From an uncultured Burkholderiaceae bacterium (GTDB taxonomy: Bacteria; Pseudomonadota; Gammaproteobacteria; Burkholderiales; Burkholderiaceae_C), in the NCBI GenBank assembly GCA_964478285.1, contig CAYZHE010000011.1, positions 4,226 through 68,225 on the forward strand: 64,000 nucleotides of DNA, read 5' to 3'. The position numbers and the translations under genes were made by a program. Below are positions 49,273 through 59,322 of the stretch, one piece after another. Position 1 is the stretch's first letter. Each line of letters opens with the position of its first letter. The notes below the pieces were generated by a model. The model did no database searches. It had not been told where the DNA came from and saw nothing but the letters and a program-made list of their open reading frames with translations.

Positions 49273-50403
49273 TCAAACTAAAGCCCTCTGGATGATTAGT
49301 TTTTGAATGTCGCTGGTGCCTTCGTAAATTTGGCACACCCGCACATCTCGGTAAATGCGTTCAACTGGAAAGTCATTCACGTAACCGTAACCTCCGAGTG
49401 TTTGAATCGCAGCGGAACAAATCTTCTCTGCCACTTCACTGGCAAACAACTTGGCCATCGCCGCCTCTTTCAAGCAAGGCACGCCAGCGTCTCTCAGGCT
49501 CGCGGCATGCCAGATCAGCTGTCTGGCAGCTTCCAGTTGGGTCGCACACTCCGCTAAGCGAAATCCGACAGCCTGGTGCGCGATGATGGGCTGCCCAAAA
49601 CTTTGCCTCTCATTGGCATAGGTGATGGCCACATCGAGCGCGCTGCGAGCCATACCGACGGCTTGTGCTGCGATCCCAATGCGCCCGCCTTCGAGCGCGC
49701 TGAGCGCGATTTTGTAGCCCTCGCCTTCTTGACCAATGAGTTGACTGGCAGGCACACGGCATTGCTCCAACCTTATTTGCGCCGTATCACTCGAGTGTTG
49801 ACCCAACTTATCTTCCAAGCGCTCAACTGTGTATCCAGGCGCATTGGTTGGCACCAAAAAGGCACTGATGCCTCGCTTGCCTGCAGCCTTATCAGTAACT
49901 GCGATCACGATGGCCACGTCCCCATTCTTACCGCTGGTGATGAACTGTTTGACGCCATTGAGAATGTATTCGTCACCATCCTTGTGAGCAGTGGTGGACA
50001 GGGCTGATGCATCTGAACCAACCTCGGGTTCAGTCAAGCAAAAAGCGCCCAACATATCGCCTTGAGCCAAAGGCCGCAGCCACTGCTCTTTTTGAGCATC
50101 GTTGCCGTAGGCCATCAAGATGGCGTTGACAGGGCAATTGGTCACACTGATCACGGTGCTGGTACCGCCATCACCGGCGGCAATCTCTTCGATGACCAGC
50201 GCCAGCGTGAGATAGTCCAAACCTGCACCACCAAGTGCCTCTGGCACACAAATGCCATAGCACCCCAGTTGCGCCAGCCCGCGGTGAACATCTCGAGGGA
50301 AGTGGTGCGTGCGATCCCATTCTGATGCGCGCGGCCATACTTCGGATTGAACGAATTCGCGCACTGCATCGCGCACCATGGTGTGTTCAGAACTCAGCAA
50401 CAT
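49273..50403 (-). CDS. Acyl-CoA dehydrogenase (short/branched-chain type)
   Basis: This 376-aa protein has ACAD motifs (CLTEPEVGSDA, QTLGGYGYVNDFPVERIYRDVRVCQIYEGTSDIQ). Confidence 0.9.
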   Translation of the reverse strand: MLLSSEHTMVRDAVREFVQSEVWPRASEWDRTHHFPRDVHRGLAQLGCYGICVPEALGGAGLDYLTLALVIEEIAAGDGGTSTVISVTNCPVNAILMAYGNDAQKEQWLRPLAQGDMLGAFCLTEPEVGSDASALSTTAHKDGDEYILNGVKQFITSGKNGDVAIVIAVTDKAAGKRGISAFLVPTNAPGYTVERLEDKLGQHSSDTAQIRLEQCRVPASQLIGQEGEGYKIALSALEGGRIGIAAQAVGMARSALDVAITYANERQSFGQPIIAHQAVGFRLAECATQLEAARQLIWHAASLRDAGVPCLKEAAMAKLFASEVAEKICSAAIQTLGGYGYVNDFPVERIYRDVRVCQIYEGTSDIQKLIIQRALV

Positions 50404-50410
50404 AGCGGGG

Positions 50411-51592
50411 TTAGATCATCTCAAATGCCATGGCGGTCGCCTCACCACCGCCAATGCAGAGCGAGGCAACGCCACGCTTGCCACCCGATGCCTTCAACGC
50501 ATGGAGCAGCGTCACAATGATGCGTGCACCTGAGGCGCCAATCGGGTGTCCTAGGGCACAGGCACCGCCATGGATATTGACCTTGTCATGTGGTAATCCC
50601 AAATCATGCATGGCCGCCATAGGAACCACCGCAAACGCCTCATTGATCTCAAACAAGTCGACAGAGTCAGCGCTCCATCCGGTTTGCTTGAACAATTTTT
50701 GCATTGCAAACACGGGCGCTGTGGTGAACCAGTTGGGCTCTTGGGCGTGGGTGGTGTGTCCTACGACGCGAGCCAATGGCTGACACCCCAAGCGTTGAGC
50801 GGTGGAATCTCTCATCAGGACCAATGCAGCAGCGCCATCGTTGATCGACGAGCTGGACGCTGCCGTGATCGTGCCGTCTTTTTTGAACGCGGCGCGAAGA
50901 TTTGGAATCTTATCGACTTTGATCTTGCCGGGTCCCTCATCAATATTGATGATTTGCTCGCCCTGGCGGGTGGTGACTCTGACCGGGGCGATTTCCGCAG
51001 CAAAGTGGCCGGATGATGTGGCTGCTTGGGCACGCTTGACTGAGGTCATCGCGAAATGGTCTTGTTGCTCTCGCGTAAAGTGGTACTTGGCGGCGCAATC
51101 TTCGCCAAACGTTCCCATGGAACGACCCGCCTCGTAGGCGTCCTCGAGGCCATCCAGCATCATGTGGTCATAGACCTTGTCATGGCCCATGCGATAGCCA
51201 CCACGTCCTTTCAACAAAAGGTAAGGCGCATTTGTCATGCTCTCCATGCCGCCTGCGACCAGAACCTCTGATGAGCCAGCGACCAAAAGATCGTGCGCAA
51301 GCATGGTCGCCTTCATGGCCGAGCCACACATCTTGGACAAAGTCACGGCGCCGGTGGAAAGCGGCAGCCCCCCTTTGAGCAAAGCCTGTCGGGCTGGGGC
51401 TTGGCCCTGTCCGGCCATCAAACAGTTGCCAAACAAGACCTCTTCGACCAACTCGGGCTGGATGCCTGCTCGCTCAACAGCCGCCTGAATCGCTACACCG
51501 CCCAAGTCGTGGGCGGCAAGGCTAGCGAAATCACCTTGGTATGCACCCATCGGTGTGCGCGCCGCACCAACGATGACAATCGAATCTGACAT
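50411..51592 (-). CDS. Acetyl-CoA C-acetyltransferase (thiolase II)
   Basis: It has the active-site Cys in LSKMCGSAMKA, plus NIHGGACALGHPIGASG and CIGGGEATA. ATG 51592 is preceded by GAGGAG. Confidence 0.9.
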   Translation of the reverse strand: MSDSIVIVGAARTPMGAYQGDFASLAAHDLGGVAIQAAVERAGIQPELVEEVLFGNCLMAGQGQAPARQALLKGGLPLSTGAVTLSKMCGSAMKATMLAHDLLVAGSSEVLVAGGMESMTNAPYLLLKGRGGYRMGHDKVYDHMMLDGLEDAYEAGRSMGTFGEDCAAKYHFTREQQDHFAMTSVKRAQAATSSGHFAAEIAPVRVTTRQGEQIINIDEGPGKIKVDKIPNLRAAFKKDGTITAASSSSINDGAAALVLMRDSTAQRLGCQPLARVVGHTTHAQEPNWFTTAPVFAMQKLFKQTGWSADSVDLFEINEAFAVVPMAAMHDLGLPHDKVNIHGGACALGHPIGASGARIIVTLLHALKASGGKRGVASLCIGGGEATAMAFEMI

Positions 51593-51602
51593 GTTTTTCT
51601 CC

Positions 51603-53423
51603 TCAAGGTTTAGGGGTTGCCGCTGGACGGACAAAGCGACGCTCTTGCTCATAGGGGAACACATCGTGCACGTAGCCTTGGGCAATGCGATCCTTGTGTG
51701 CCTGCCAATACTCCGATTCCAACAGGTCGCCGTGAACTTTCATGAAGTCTTCTCGCACCATTGGGTTGCCCAACAAAAACGGCGCAAAGGTCTCGGGGAA
51801 TACATCTTGAGGGCCAACGTGGTACCAGATCTCGCCAGACATTTCGTCTTCTTCGTTGCGGGGAGCCGGCACCTTGCGGAAGTTGCAGTCAGTGATGTAT
51901 TCGATTTCGTCGTAGTCGTAAAAAACAACCTTGCCTTGGTGAGTGATACCAAAATTTTTCCAAAGCATATCGCCCGGAAAAATATTGGCGGCGACCAGGT
52001 CTTTGATGGCGTTGCCATACTCGACGACAGATCGGCGCAATTGGGTTCGTGCTTTTTCGTTGCCCGGATCGGCCTGCAGCGCGTCGAATGCCTCTTGCAA
52101 ATAAATATTCAGCGGGATCATGCGGCGCTCGATGTACACGTGTTTGAGCACCAACTCCTCCTCTCCGTCACCATCGACGTCCGCAATTTCCAGTTGACTT
52201 GGCGCAAATTTCCGGATTTCGTCAATCAACTCAGGCGCAAATCGTTCAAGGGGAAAGACGACATTAGAGTACTCCATGGTGTCAGCCATGCGACCAACTC
52301 GGTCGTGTTGCTTCACCAGTAAATACTTGCCCTTGATTTGTTCGCGCGTCGTTTCCTTTGGAGGCGGGTAATAGTCTTTGATAACTTTGAAGACGAATGG
52401 GAAACTAGGCAGATCAAACACCAACATCACCATTCCCTTGATGCCCGGAGCGATGCGGAATTGGTCTGTGCTGTGGCGAAGGTGAAAGAGAAAATCGCGG
52501 TAAAACAGGGTTTTGCCCTGCTTCGCTAACCCCAGCGCGTTGTAATGCTCTGCTCTGGGTTTGCTCGGCATCATGGTGCGCAAAAACTGCACATAAGCAG
52601 AAGGCACCACCATATCCACCATGAAATAGGCGCGGGCAAAACTGAACAAGATCACCAGTTCTGCCTCGCCAAATAATACGGCATCGACATACAAGTCACC
52701 TTGCGCGTTGTGCAAAACGGCGATGGCAAATGGGACGCTTTGGTAGCCGTTGATGATTTTCCCAACGATGTAGGCTCCCTTGTTTCGGAAAAACAAACTC
52801 GACAACACTTGAAACTGAAAATTGGGGCGCAAACGCTCATGATCGCAGTTGTCGAGCATCGCTTGGTGCACGCGGGCAACATCTCCTTCGAGGTCTGCGA
52901 AAGGACATTGCAAATCAAAATCTTTGATCATGCTATGGACTTGCGCCCGCATGTTTTCACGCGTGGGGTAATACGCCCGGTAGGTGGGCGGGGCTCCACT
53001 GCTGTCGCTGTCAATGTATTCCGTTGATACTGCTGGGCGCACGAAGATGAAGTCGTTGTGAAAATAACTTCGATGAAGGATTTTCGTCGTCACTGAATTG
53101 AAAAATGTCTCAGCCAATTCAGGCTGATAGTGATCTACCAGAAGCCCGATGAAATGCAGTTTGACTTGCGCCCAAACCTCTTTTGACTGCTGACTGGCAT
53201 TGAACTCCCGCTCCAAACGAGTCGAGGCTTCGCGGACCCGCAGATCGTAAAACTCGATGCGTTCACGCTGCGCCCTTTGCTGGCCAGCCCAATCTTGCGT
53301 TTCAAATCGATGTTTGGCTCTCGCCGACTCCGCGCGAAACAATCGATAGTGGCGGTTGAATCCATCCAAGAGCGCACGGGCCATGTTGTAGGCATTCACT
53401 GAATCCAAACGTTGGGGGAACAT
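51603..53423 (-). CDS. aceK: Bifunctional isocitrate dehydrogenase kinase/phosphatase
   Basis: [60 protein letters not shown] closely parallels E. coli AceK. ATG 53423 is preceded by AAGGA; the track start 53450 is TTG. Confidence 0.9.
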   Translation of the reverse strand: MFPQRLDSVNAYNMARALLDGFNRHYRLFRAESARAKHRFETQDWAGQQRAQRERIEFYDLRVREASTRLEREFNASQQSKEVWAQVKLHFIGLLVDHYQPELAETFFNSVTTKILHRSYFHNDFIFVRPAVSTEYIDSDSSGAPPTYRAYYPTRENMRAQVHSMIKDFDLQCPFADLEGDVARVHQAMLDNCDHERLRPNFQFQVLSSLFFRNKGAYIVGKIINGYQSVPFAIAVLHNAQGDLYVDAVLFGEAELVILFSFARAYFMVDMVVPSAYVQFLRTMMPSKPRAEHYNALGLAKQGKTLFYRDFLFHLRHSTDQFRIAPGIKGMVMLVFDLPSFPFVFKVIKDYYPPPKETTREQIKGKYLLVKQHDRVGRMADTMEYSNVVFPLERFAPELIDEIRKFAPSQLEIADVDGDGEEELVLKHVYIERRMIPLNIYLQEAFDALQADPGNEKARTQLRRSVVEYGNAIKDLVAANIFPGDMLWKNFGITHQGKVVFYDYDEIEYITDCNFRKVPAPRNEEDEMSGEIWYHVGPQDVFPETFAPFLLGNPMVREDFMKVHGDLLESEYWQAHKDRIAQGYVHDVFPYEQERRFVRPAATPKP

Positions 53424-53446
53424 CAGGTTTCCTTGAGAAATAGGCT

Positions 53447-54103
53447 TCAACGTTGGGCGTTGGCAACGCCATCCACGGCTGACTTATAAATCGCGACCAC
53501 ACTGTCGGTGCCATCGATGCTGACCATCAAGTCCTTCAATAGCCCGTCGCGCAAGCCATAAACCCATCCATGCACTTGCAGCGATTGCTGTCGAGCCCAA
53601 GCGTCTTGCATGACGGTGCTCTGGCAAACATTCTTGACTTGCTCAATAACATTGAGCTCACACAATGCGTCAGCGCGATGTTCCGCAGGCAATTCAGCCA
53701 AAATATCTGCGTGTCGATCCCGCACATCTTGCACATGGCGCAGCCAATTGTCAGCGACGCCAATGCGAGCGCCCTCCAAGGCGGCCTGCACGCCTGAGCA
53801 ACCGTAATGACCGACCACCATCACGTGTGAGACACCCAGCCGCTCGACGGCAAACTGCACGGTCGACAATGCGTTCAAATCGCTGTGCACGACGACGTTG
53901 GCAACGTTGCGGTGCACAAACACCTCACCAGGCTCCAGGCCTGTGATTTGGTTGGCTGGAACGCGGCTGTCCGAACAGCCGATCCACATGTAGCGTGGCT
54001 TTTGCTGTTCACTCAAGCGAGTAAAGAATCCAGGCTGCTGGGCTTGAACTTGGGCTGCCCAGCGGCGATTGTGTTCAAAAAGGTCGTCGAGAGATTTGCT
54101 CAA
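53447..54103 (-). CDS. can: Beta-class carbonic anhydrase
   Basis: CSDSRVPAN and [10 protein letters not shown] provide the zinc ligands, and the protein is 218 aa. Confidence 0.9.
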   Translation of the reverse strand: MSKSLDDLFEHNRRWAAQVQAQQPGFFTRLSEQQKPRYMWIGCSDSRVPANQITGLEPGEVFVHRNVANVVVHSDLNALSTVQFAVERLGVSHVMVVGHYGCSGVQAALEGARIGVADNWLRHVQDVRDRHADILAELPAEHRADALCELNVIEQVKNVCQSTVMQDAWARQQSLQVHGWVYGLRDGLLKDLMVSIDGTDSVVAIYKSAVDGVANAQR

Positions 54104-54168
54104 TGTCTTGCTTTCACTTGAATTATCGTAAAGGCATCGCTCTGCGAGTGCTGCCCGATCTGGAAGGC

Positions 54169-55347
54169 TTACATTGTTTCAGCAAATAGCTCTCTGCCAA
54201 TCAACATCCGCCGGATTTCTGAAGTGCCAGCGCCGATTTCATAGAGTTTGGCGTCTCGCCAAAGGCGTCCGAGCGGGTATTCATTGATGTAGCCGTTGCC
54301 GCCAAAAATCTGGATACCCTCGCCTGCCATCCAGGTCGCCTTTTCAGCGGTCCATAGGATCACCGATGCACAGTCCTTTCGAACTTGTCGCACGTGTTCG
54401 GTGCCCAATGCATCCAGGTTTTTTGCGACAGTGTATGCAAAGGCTCGACCCGCCTGTAGGGTTGAATACATGTCCGCTACTTTGCCCTGCATCAGCTGAA
54501 ACTCGCCGATGCTTTGGCCAAATTGCTTGCGATCGTGGATGTAGGGAATGATGTTGTCCATCACAGCCTGCATGATGCCCAGTGGCCCACCACTCAACAC
54601 AGCGCGCTCGTAATCCAACCCACTCATCAACACTTTGGCGCCGCTACCCACTCCGCCCAGGACGTTCTCCGCTGGCACCTCTACGTTGTGGAAGACCAGC
54701 TCCCCAGTATGGCTGCCACGCATACCGAGCTTGTCTAGCTTTTGGGCAATGGAAAAGCCAGGCATCCCTTTTTCGATTAAAAAAGCAGTCATGCCACGTG
54801 CGCCCATGTCAGGCTCTGTCTTGGCATAGACGACCAGCGTGTCGGCATCTGGACCGTTGGTGATCCACATCTTGGAGCCATTCAACACGTAATAACCGCC
54901 TTTATCTTCGGCGCGCAACTTCATGCTGACAACGTCTGAGCCAGCGCCCGGCTCACTCATGGCCAATGCGCCGACTTGCTCTCCAGTGATGAGCTTGGGC
55001 AAATATCTGGCGCGCTGTTCAGGTGTGCCATTGCGGCGAATTTGATTGACACACAAATTGCTGTGTGCGCCGTACGACAGCCCCACAGAAGCTGACGCAC
55101 GACTGATCTCCTCCATCGCAATCATGTGAGCCAAGTAGCCCATATTGGCACCGCCATACTCCTCTTCAACGGTGATGCCGAGCACGCCCAAGTCACCCAT
55201 CTTCTGCCAGAGATCCATCGGAAATTGGTCTTCTCGGTCGATTTGTGCAGCGCGGGGAGCGATCTCGGCTTGCGCAAAATCTGCCACCGCTTCGCGCAAC
55301 GCGTCGATGTCTTCGCCCAATTGAAAGTTCAGGCCTGGTAAATTCAC
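54169..55347 (-). CDS. liuA: Isovaleryl-CoA dehydrogenase
   Basis: This 392-aa protein is IVD-like throughout ([48 protein letters not shown]). The GTG start at 55347 has GGAG upstream. Confidence 0.92.
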   Translation of the reverse strand: MNLPGLNFQLGEDIDALREAVADFAQAEIAPRAAQIDREDQFPMDLWQKMGDLGVLGITVEEEYGGANMGYLAHMIAMEEISRASASVGLSYGAHSNLCVNQIRRNGTPEQRARYLPKLITGEQVGALAMSEPGAGSDVVSMKLRAEDKGGYYVLNGSKMWITNGPDADTLVVYAKTEPDMGARGMTAFLIEKGMPGFSIAQKLDKLGMRGSHTGELVFHNVEVPAENVLGGVGSGAKVLMSGLDYERAVLSGGPLGIMQAVMDNIIPYIHDRKQFGQSIGEFQLMQGKVADMYSTLQAGRAFAYTVAKNLDALGTEHVRQVRKDCASVILWTAEKATWMAGEGIQIFGGNGYINEYPLGRLWRDAKLYEIGAGTSEIRRMLIGRELFAETM

Positions 55348-55476
55348 GATGTGTACTCCGTCAATGGTTGGGGGCTCGGCGGTGGCGCCATAGGATCATT
55401 TTGAGGTAGGTCTCGAGAGTCTGAGGGGAGGCATCCATTGCCACGCTCTGCCACACCCATTGAGCCCCGCCAAAGC

Positions 55477-55869
55477 TCACGCCTCGATTTCTTTCAGGAG
55501 CGCTTGGGCTTCCTTTTCATGGGCTTTGAGCTCATCGAGGTTGCTTTGCAAATCGGCCATTTGCTCCAACAATTTGGTCTTGTTCTGAGCGATGACCTGC
55601 AGAAATTTGCGCAATTGTGGTGCTGTGTCACGAGGCGATTCATACATGTCGATCAGGTCTTTGGCCTCCGTGAGGGAAAGACCCAACCGCTTCGCTCGAA
55701 GTGTCAACTTCAGGCGCGTGCGGTCTCTGCTGGAGTACACCCGAACCCGTCCCCCCGGACCATCGCGCTTGGGGTCGAGCAGGCCCATGTCCTCGTAAAA
55801 ACGAATAGCGCGGGTGGTTAAGTCGAATTCCTTTGCCAGTTCTCGGATCGTGTAACTCGGGGTTGCCAT
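55477..55869 (-). CDS. liuR: MerR-family transcriptional regulator (LiuR-type)
   Basis: The N-terminal wHTH reads YTIRELAKEFDLTTRAIRFYEDMGLL, and the gene is the first gene upstream of isovaleryl-CoA dehydrogenase. Confidence 0.8.
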   Translation of the reverse strand: MATPSYTIRELAKEFDLTTRAIRFYEDMGLLDPKRDGPGGRVRVYSSRDRTRLKLTLRAKRLGLSLTEAKDLIDMYESPRDTAPQLRKFLQVIAQNKTKLLEQMADLQSNLDELKAHEKEAQALLKEIEA

Positions 55870-55907
55870 AGGGACAGAAGAGCGTTGAGCGGTTATTTAC
55901 AATGGCG

Positions 55908-55938
55908 TTACGTTAATTGACGTTAACGTAAACGTCAA
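55908..55938. promoter_or_regulatory. ACGT-rich palindromic element; candidate LiuR operator in the liuR / MBL-hydrolase divergent region
   Basis: The sequence is TTACGTTAA-TTGACGTTAACGTAAACGTCAA. The 22-mer at 55917-55938 is 20/22 self-complementary, and four ACGT cores fall within 31 bp. Confidence 0.5.
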
Positions 55939-55956
55939 CCTCTGTTTGGAAAGTTC

Positions 55957-57069
55957 ATGGCCAACCCCTACGAAGCGCGCTTGCATTATCCTTTTGCGGA
56001 TGCATTGCCGGGGGCTGGCGAAGTCATTGAGGTGCGGCCGGGCATCCTCTGGGCGCGCCTGCCCTTGCCGTTTGCACTTGACCACATCAATGTGTGGCTG
56101 CTGAGGGACTACGTTGAGCGCGATGGGGCTCGCGTTGAGGGATGGTGCATCGTCGATTGTGGCGTAGATCGCCCCGAAGTCCGCCAGCAGTGGGAGGCCA
56201 TTTGGGCGGACCATTTGCAGGGTCTTCCAATTGTGCGTGTGTTAGCAACACACATGCACCCCGACCACATTGGCTTGGCCCATTGGATCTGTCATGAGTG
56301 GAGCAAGAATGGGTTTTCCTGCGACTTGTGGATGAGCGCGACAGACTTCCATTTGGCCACTTTAGGCACACTGGATGGAACCGGCTTTGGCGGAAATGCA
56401 GGCGCGGACTTCATGGCCTCCCATGGCATGGCAGATGCAACACTTTTGGATGGCATGAGAACCCGACAAAACGGCTTTAAAGTGTTGGTGCCACAAATGC
56501 CGAAGTATTTTCATCGATTGATGGCGGGCATGAAGGTGCGAATCGGTCATGCTGAGTGGACTTGCATCGTTGGTCATGGTCACTCGCCTGAGCACATGGC
56601 CCTGTTTCAGAGAGAGTCTGGGGTGTTGATCTCTGGCGACATGGTTTTGCCCCGGATTTCCACAAATATCAGTGTTTACAGCGGCGAACCTGAAGGGAAT
56701 CCGCTCCAGCAGTTTCTGGACTCATTGAGCGCGTTCGAAACACTCCCCGCCGATACGCTGGTCCTGCCCTCGCATGGCCGGCCCTTTGGGTCGTCACCGA
56801 CAGATACGGAAAACCGTGGGTTGCATGAACGCATCAGGCAGCTGCGAGCGCACCACGAGGAGCACTTGGCAAATGTTCTCGCAAGCTGTCAGATCACACC
56901 GAAGCATGCAGCGGATATCCTGCCTGTCCTTTTCAAACGGCCTCTCAATGCGCATGAAACATCGTTTGCCATTGGCGAGGCGATTGCCCATTTGCACTTG
57001 CTTTGGTTCAAAGGAGCCCTCCAGCGCCATCGTGACGCAAGCGGTAGATGGCTTTTTTCAGCATACTGA
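55957..57069 (+). CDS. MBL-fold metallo-hydrolase
   Basis: The metal-binding motif ATHMHPDHIGLA (HxHxDH) is present, with further His/Asp ligands downstream. The protein is 370 aa. Confidence 0.8.
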   Translation: MANPYEARLHYPFADALPGAGEVIEVRPGILWARLPLPFALDHINVWLLRDYVERDGARVEGWCIVDCGVDRPEVRQQWEAIWADHLQGLPIVRVLATHMHPDHIGLAHWICHEWSKNGFSCDLWMSATDFHLATLGTLDGTGFGGNAGADFMASHGMADATLLDGMRTRQNGFKVLVPQMPKYFHRLMAGMKVRIGHAEWTCIVGHGHSPEHMALFQRESGVLISGDMVLPRISTNISVYSGEPEGNPLQQFLDSLSAFETLPADTLVLPSHGRPFGSSPTDTENRGLHERIRQLRAHHEEHLANVLASCQITPKHAADILPVLFKRPLNAHETSFAIGEAIAHLHLLWFKGALQRHRDASGRWLFSAY

Positions 57070-57073
57070 CCAC

Positions 57074-57994
57074 TCAGCGGGGCGGCAATACCCACTCTTG
57101 CAGCTCTCGCTGCTGCTGCTGATAGTCAGGCATGACACTGGCAACGGTGCGCCAGAAGCGCGGACTGTGGTTCATTTCTCTCAAGTGACTGAGCTCATGA
57201 ACCACCACATAGTCGGTGAACGAAAGTGGGCCATGAATCAAGCGCCAATTCAGTCGGATGCTGCCGTCCCGGCTCGCACTGCCCCATCTGGTGTGCGCGC
57301 TGCTCAGCTTCAGTTTTTGCCACTGCACGCCCAGCTTAGGCGCGTACTCATTCAGTCTTTGTGTGAAAATTTCTTGCGCCTGCTGCATCAACCATGCATG
57401 AACCATGTCCTTCACTTGCAATTCGGAAGCCTGTGATGGCAAAGGTATCCACAACTCGGCACCTTGATCGCCGGCGAGGGCACGCCAAGGTGTCGAGCAC
57501 TTCGCACCGAGGCCAACGTGACGGTGCTCCGGCAAAAGCTTGAGTGTGAGTGTCGCCCCAAGGAAAGGCAGTTTGCCGCCAGAACGCCACGCAATCGCTT
57601 GGGTTTGCTGCTTGGCTTCCCGTTGCTGCATCACGGCAAGTTGCTGCAAGATCCAATCGGCTCGTTCGGTCAGAACCCGATTGAGCTCACCAATCAAACA
57701 AAACCGAGGAGCCCTTACCTCCAGGCCAACAGAAGTGATGCGCATCGCAATCGACTTTCGCTTGGCGCGGGTGAACAAGTAACTGACGGTTCGGCCTTTG
57801 AACACAATGGAGCGATTGGCTTGAGGATGGGCGAAAGGTGCGGCCCTGCCCAATTCATTCAGCCCCTTGGCTTCAGCTGCCGGAATCCACTCGGTTGGTG
57901 GCTGGGGTTCTGACAACCAATGCTCGTCCCCCCAGTCAAACGAAAGCTGAGGCACAGCATTCCATTGGGCACTGGCAGGTGGCATCGACCTCAC
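57074..57994 (-). CDS. YgjP-like M48/DUF45-family metal-dependent hydrolase
   Basis: The zincin motif VVVHELSHLREMNHSPRFW lies near the C-terminus, and the protein is 306 aa. Confidence 0.8.
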   Translation of the reverse strand: MRSMPPASAQWNAVPQLSFDWGDEHWLSEPQPPTEWIPAAEAKGLNELGRAAPFAHPQANRSIVFKGRTVSYLFTRAKRKSIAMRITSVGLEVRAPRFCLIGELNRVLTERADWILQQLAVMQQREAKQQTQAIAWRSGGKLPFLGATLTLKLLPEHRHVGLGAKCSTPWRALAGDQGAELWIPLPSQASELQVKDMVHAWLMQQAQEIFTQRLNEYAPKLGVQWQKLKLSSAHTRWGSASRDGSIRLNWRLIHGPLSFTDYVVVHELSHLREMNHSPRFWRTVASVMPDYQQQQRELQEWVLPPR

Positions 57995-58737
57995 CGATAG
58001 GCTTCAGGATCAAGCCGAAGCATTTCGGTCTCAATCCACTGTTCAACTTCTTTCATCAGTTCTTCTGGATCGCGTCCTTGGCTAGAAATCATCGGGCCAA
58101 TTGAAATGTCCACAATCCCCGGGCGCTTGACCAATGCTTTTCTGGGCCAGCACTTTGCTGAGGTAACAGCCACCGGTATGACGGGAGCACCGGTTTGAAT
58201 CGCGAGGCGCGTCCCACCTGACTTGTATGTTCCCTTTTCACCGCGCGGAATACGCGTCCCTTCAGGAAACATAATGATCCAAGTTCCTTGATCCAGCAGC
58301 CGCTGACCTTGCTCAACCACTTTGGCAAACGCCTGCGCTCTTTTAGAACGGTCAATGTGCACCATATCCAGTCGCCCCATGGCCCAACCAAAAAACGGGA
58401 CATAAAGGAGCTCACGCTTGAATACATAGGCCAAAGGATGCGGCATCAACACCGGCATCGAGAATGTTTCCCAAGTCGACTGGTGCTTGACCAACAGAAT
58501 AGCCGGATCACTTTTGCCACTCGGCAGGTTCTCCATGCCGGTGACCCTGTTTTCAATGCCTAGAATCCAGCGCCCCCCATTCACCGCCAAGCTCAACCAC
58601 CCCACGCACATCCAGTAAAGCCGTGTGCTGTTCACGAACCACGAGGCGACGATCACAACCAGCGCCCATGGGATCACGGTCACAGCCATGAACAACAGGT
58701 GCGCTACCGAACGAGTGGCATTGACCCATTGCGTCAT
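57991..58737 (-). CDS. plsC: 1-acyl-sn-glycerol-3-phosphate acyltransferase
   Basis: It has acyltransferase motifs VKHQSTWE and MFPEGTR and an N-terminal TM segment. Confidence 0.85.
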   Translation of the reverse strand: MTQWVNATRSVAHLLFMAVTVIPWALVVIVASWFVNSTRLYWMCVGWLSLAVNGGRWILGIENRVTGMENLPSGKSDPAILLVKHQSTWETFSMPVLMPHPLAYVFKRELLYVPFFGWAMGRLDMVHIDRSKRAQAFAKVVEQGQRLLDQGTWIIMFPEGTRIPRGEKGTYKSGGTRLAIQTGAPVIPVAVTSAKCWPRKALVKRPGIVDISIGPMISSQGRDPEELMKEVEQWIETEMLRLDPEAYR

Positions 58738-59318
58738 GGCTTCTCACGCGCCGACACGCGTACCAATAATTCGTCCACGAATGCCGACAAATTTTTGTGC
58801 ATCTGCGTGGAGGGTGGAAGCCCTTGCGGCGGATGACTCAGCGAATAAGCTGCACACTTACCAGTGAGAATCAGATGGGTCGAGGCACCGACACTGGCAC
58901 CGGCCTCGACATGTCGAACGGTGTTGCCGGCGACGACCATTTGCGATGGTTGCACACTGAATCGCTGGCTAATTTTTTCAAACAGTCCGGATTTAGGTTT
59001 CCGACACCCACAATCATCTTCGCGGGTGTGCGGGCAAAAGAAAACAGCCTCTACCCGCGCTCCCTCTTGCGCCAGCAAGCGATGCATTTTGTCGTGCACA
59101 GCGTTCATGGTCGCCATATCAAACAACCCCCGACCAAGGCCAGATTGGTTGGTCGCAATAACGACCTTGAAACCTGCTTGATTCAATCTCGCGACTGCTT
59201 CCAGCGCGCCCGGGATGGGCTGCCATTCCGCCGGCGAAGCGATGATTGAGTGACGGTCGTCATTCAACGTCCCATCCCTATCCAAGACGACGATGGTGGC
59301 TGCGGTCGAGCTGGGCAT
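58734..59318 (-). CDS. gmhB: D-glycero-beta-D-manno-heptose 1,7-bisphosphate 7-phosphatase
   Basis: It has the HAD motif VLDRDGTLN, the GmhB zinc motif FCPHTREDDCGCRKP and the motif VVIATNQSG. Confidence 0.9.
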   Translation of the reverse strand: MPSSTAATIVVLDRDGTLNDDRHSIIASPAEWQPIPGALEAVARLNQAGFKVVIATNQSGLGRGLFDMATMNAVHDKMHRLLAQEGARVEAVFFCPHTREDDCGCRKPKSGLFEKISQRFSVQPSQMVVAGNTVRHVEAGASVGASTHLILTGKCAAYSLSHPPQGLPPSTQMHKNLSAFVDELLVRVSAREKP

Positions 59319-59322
59319 GGTT

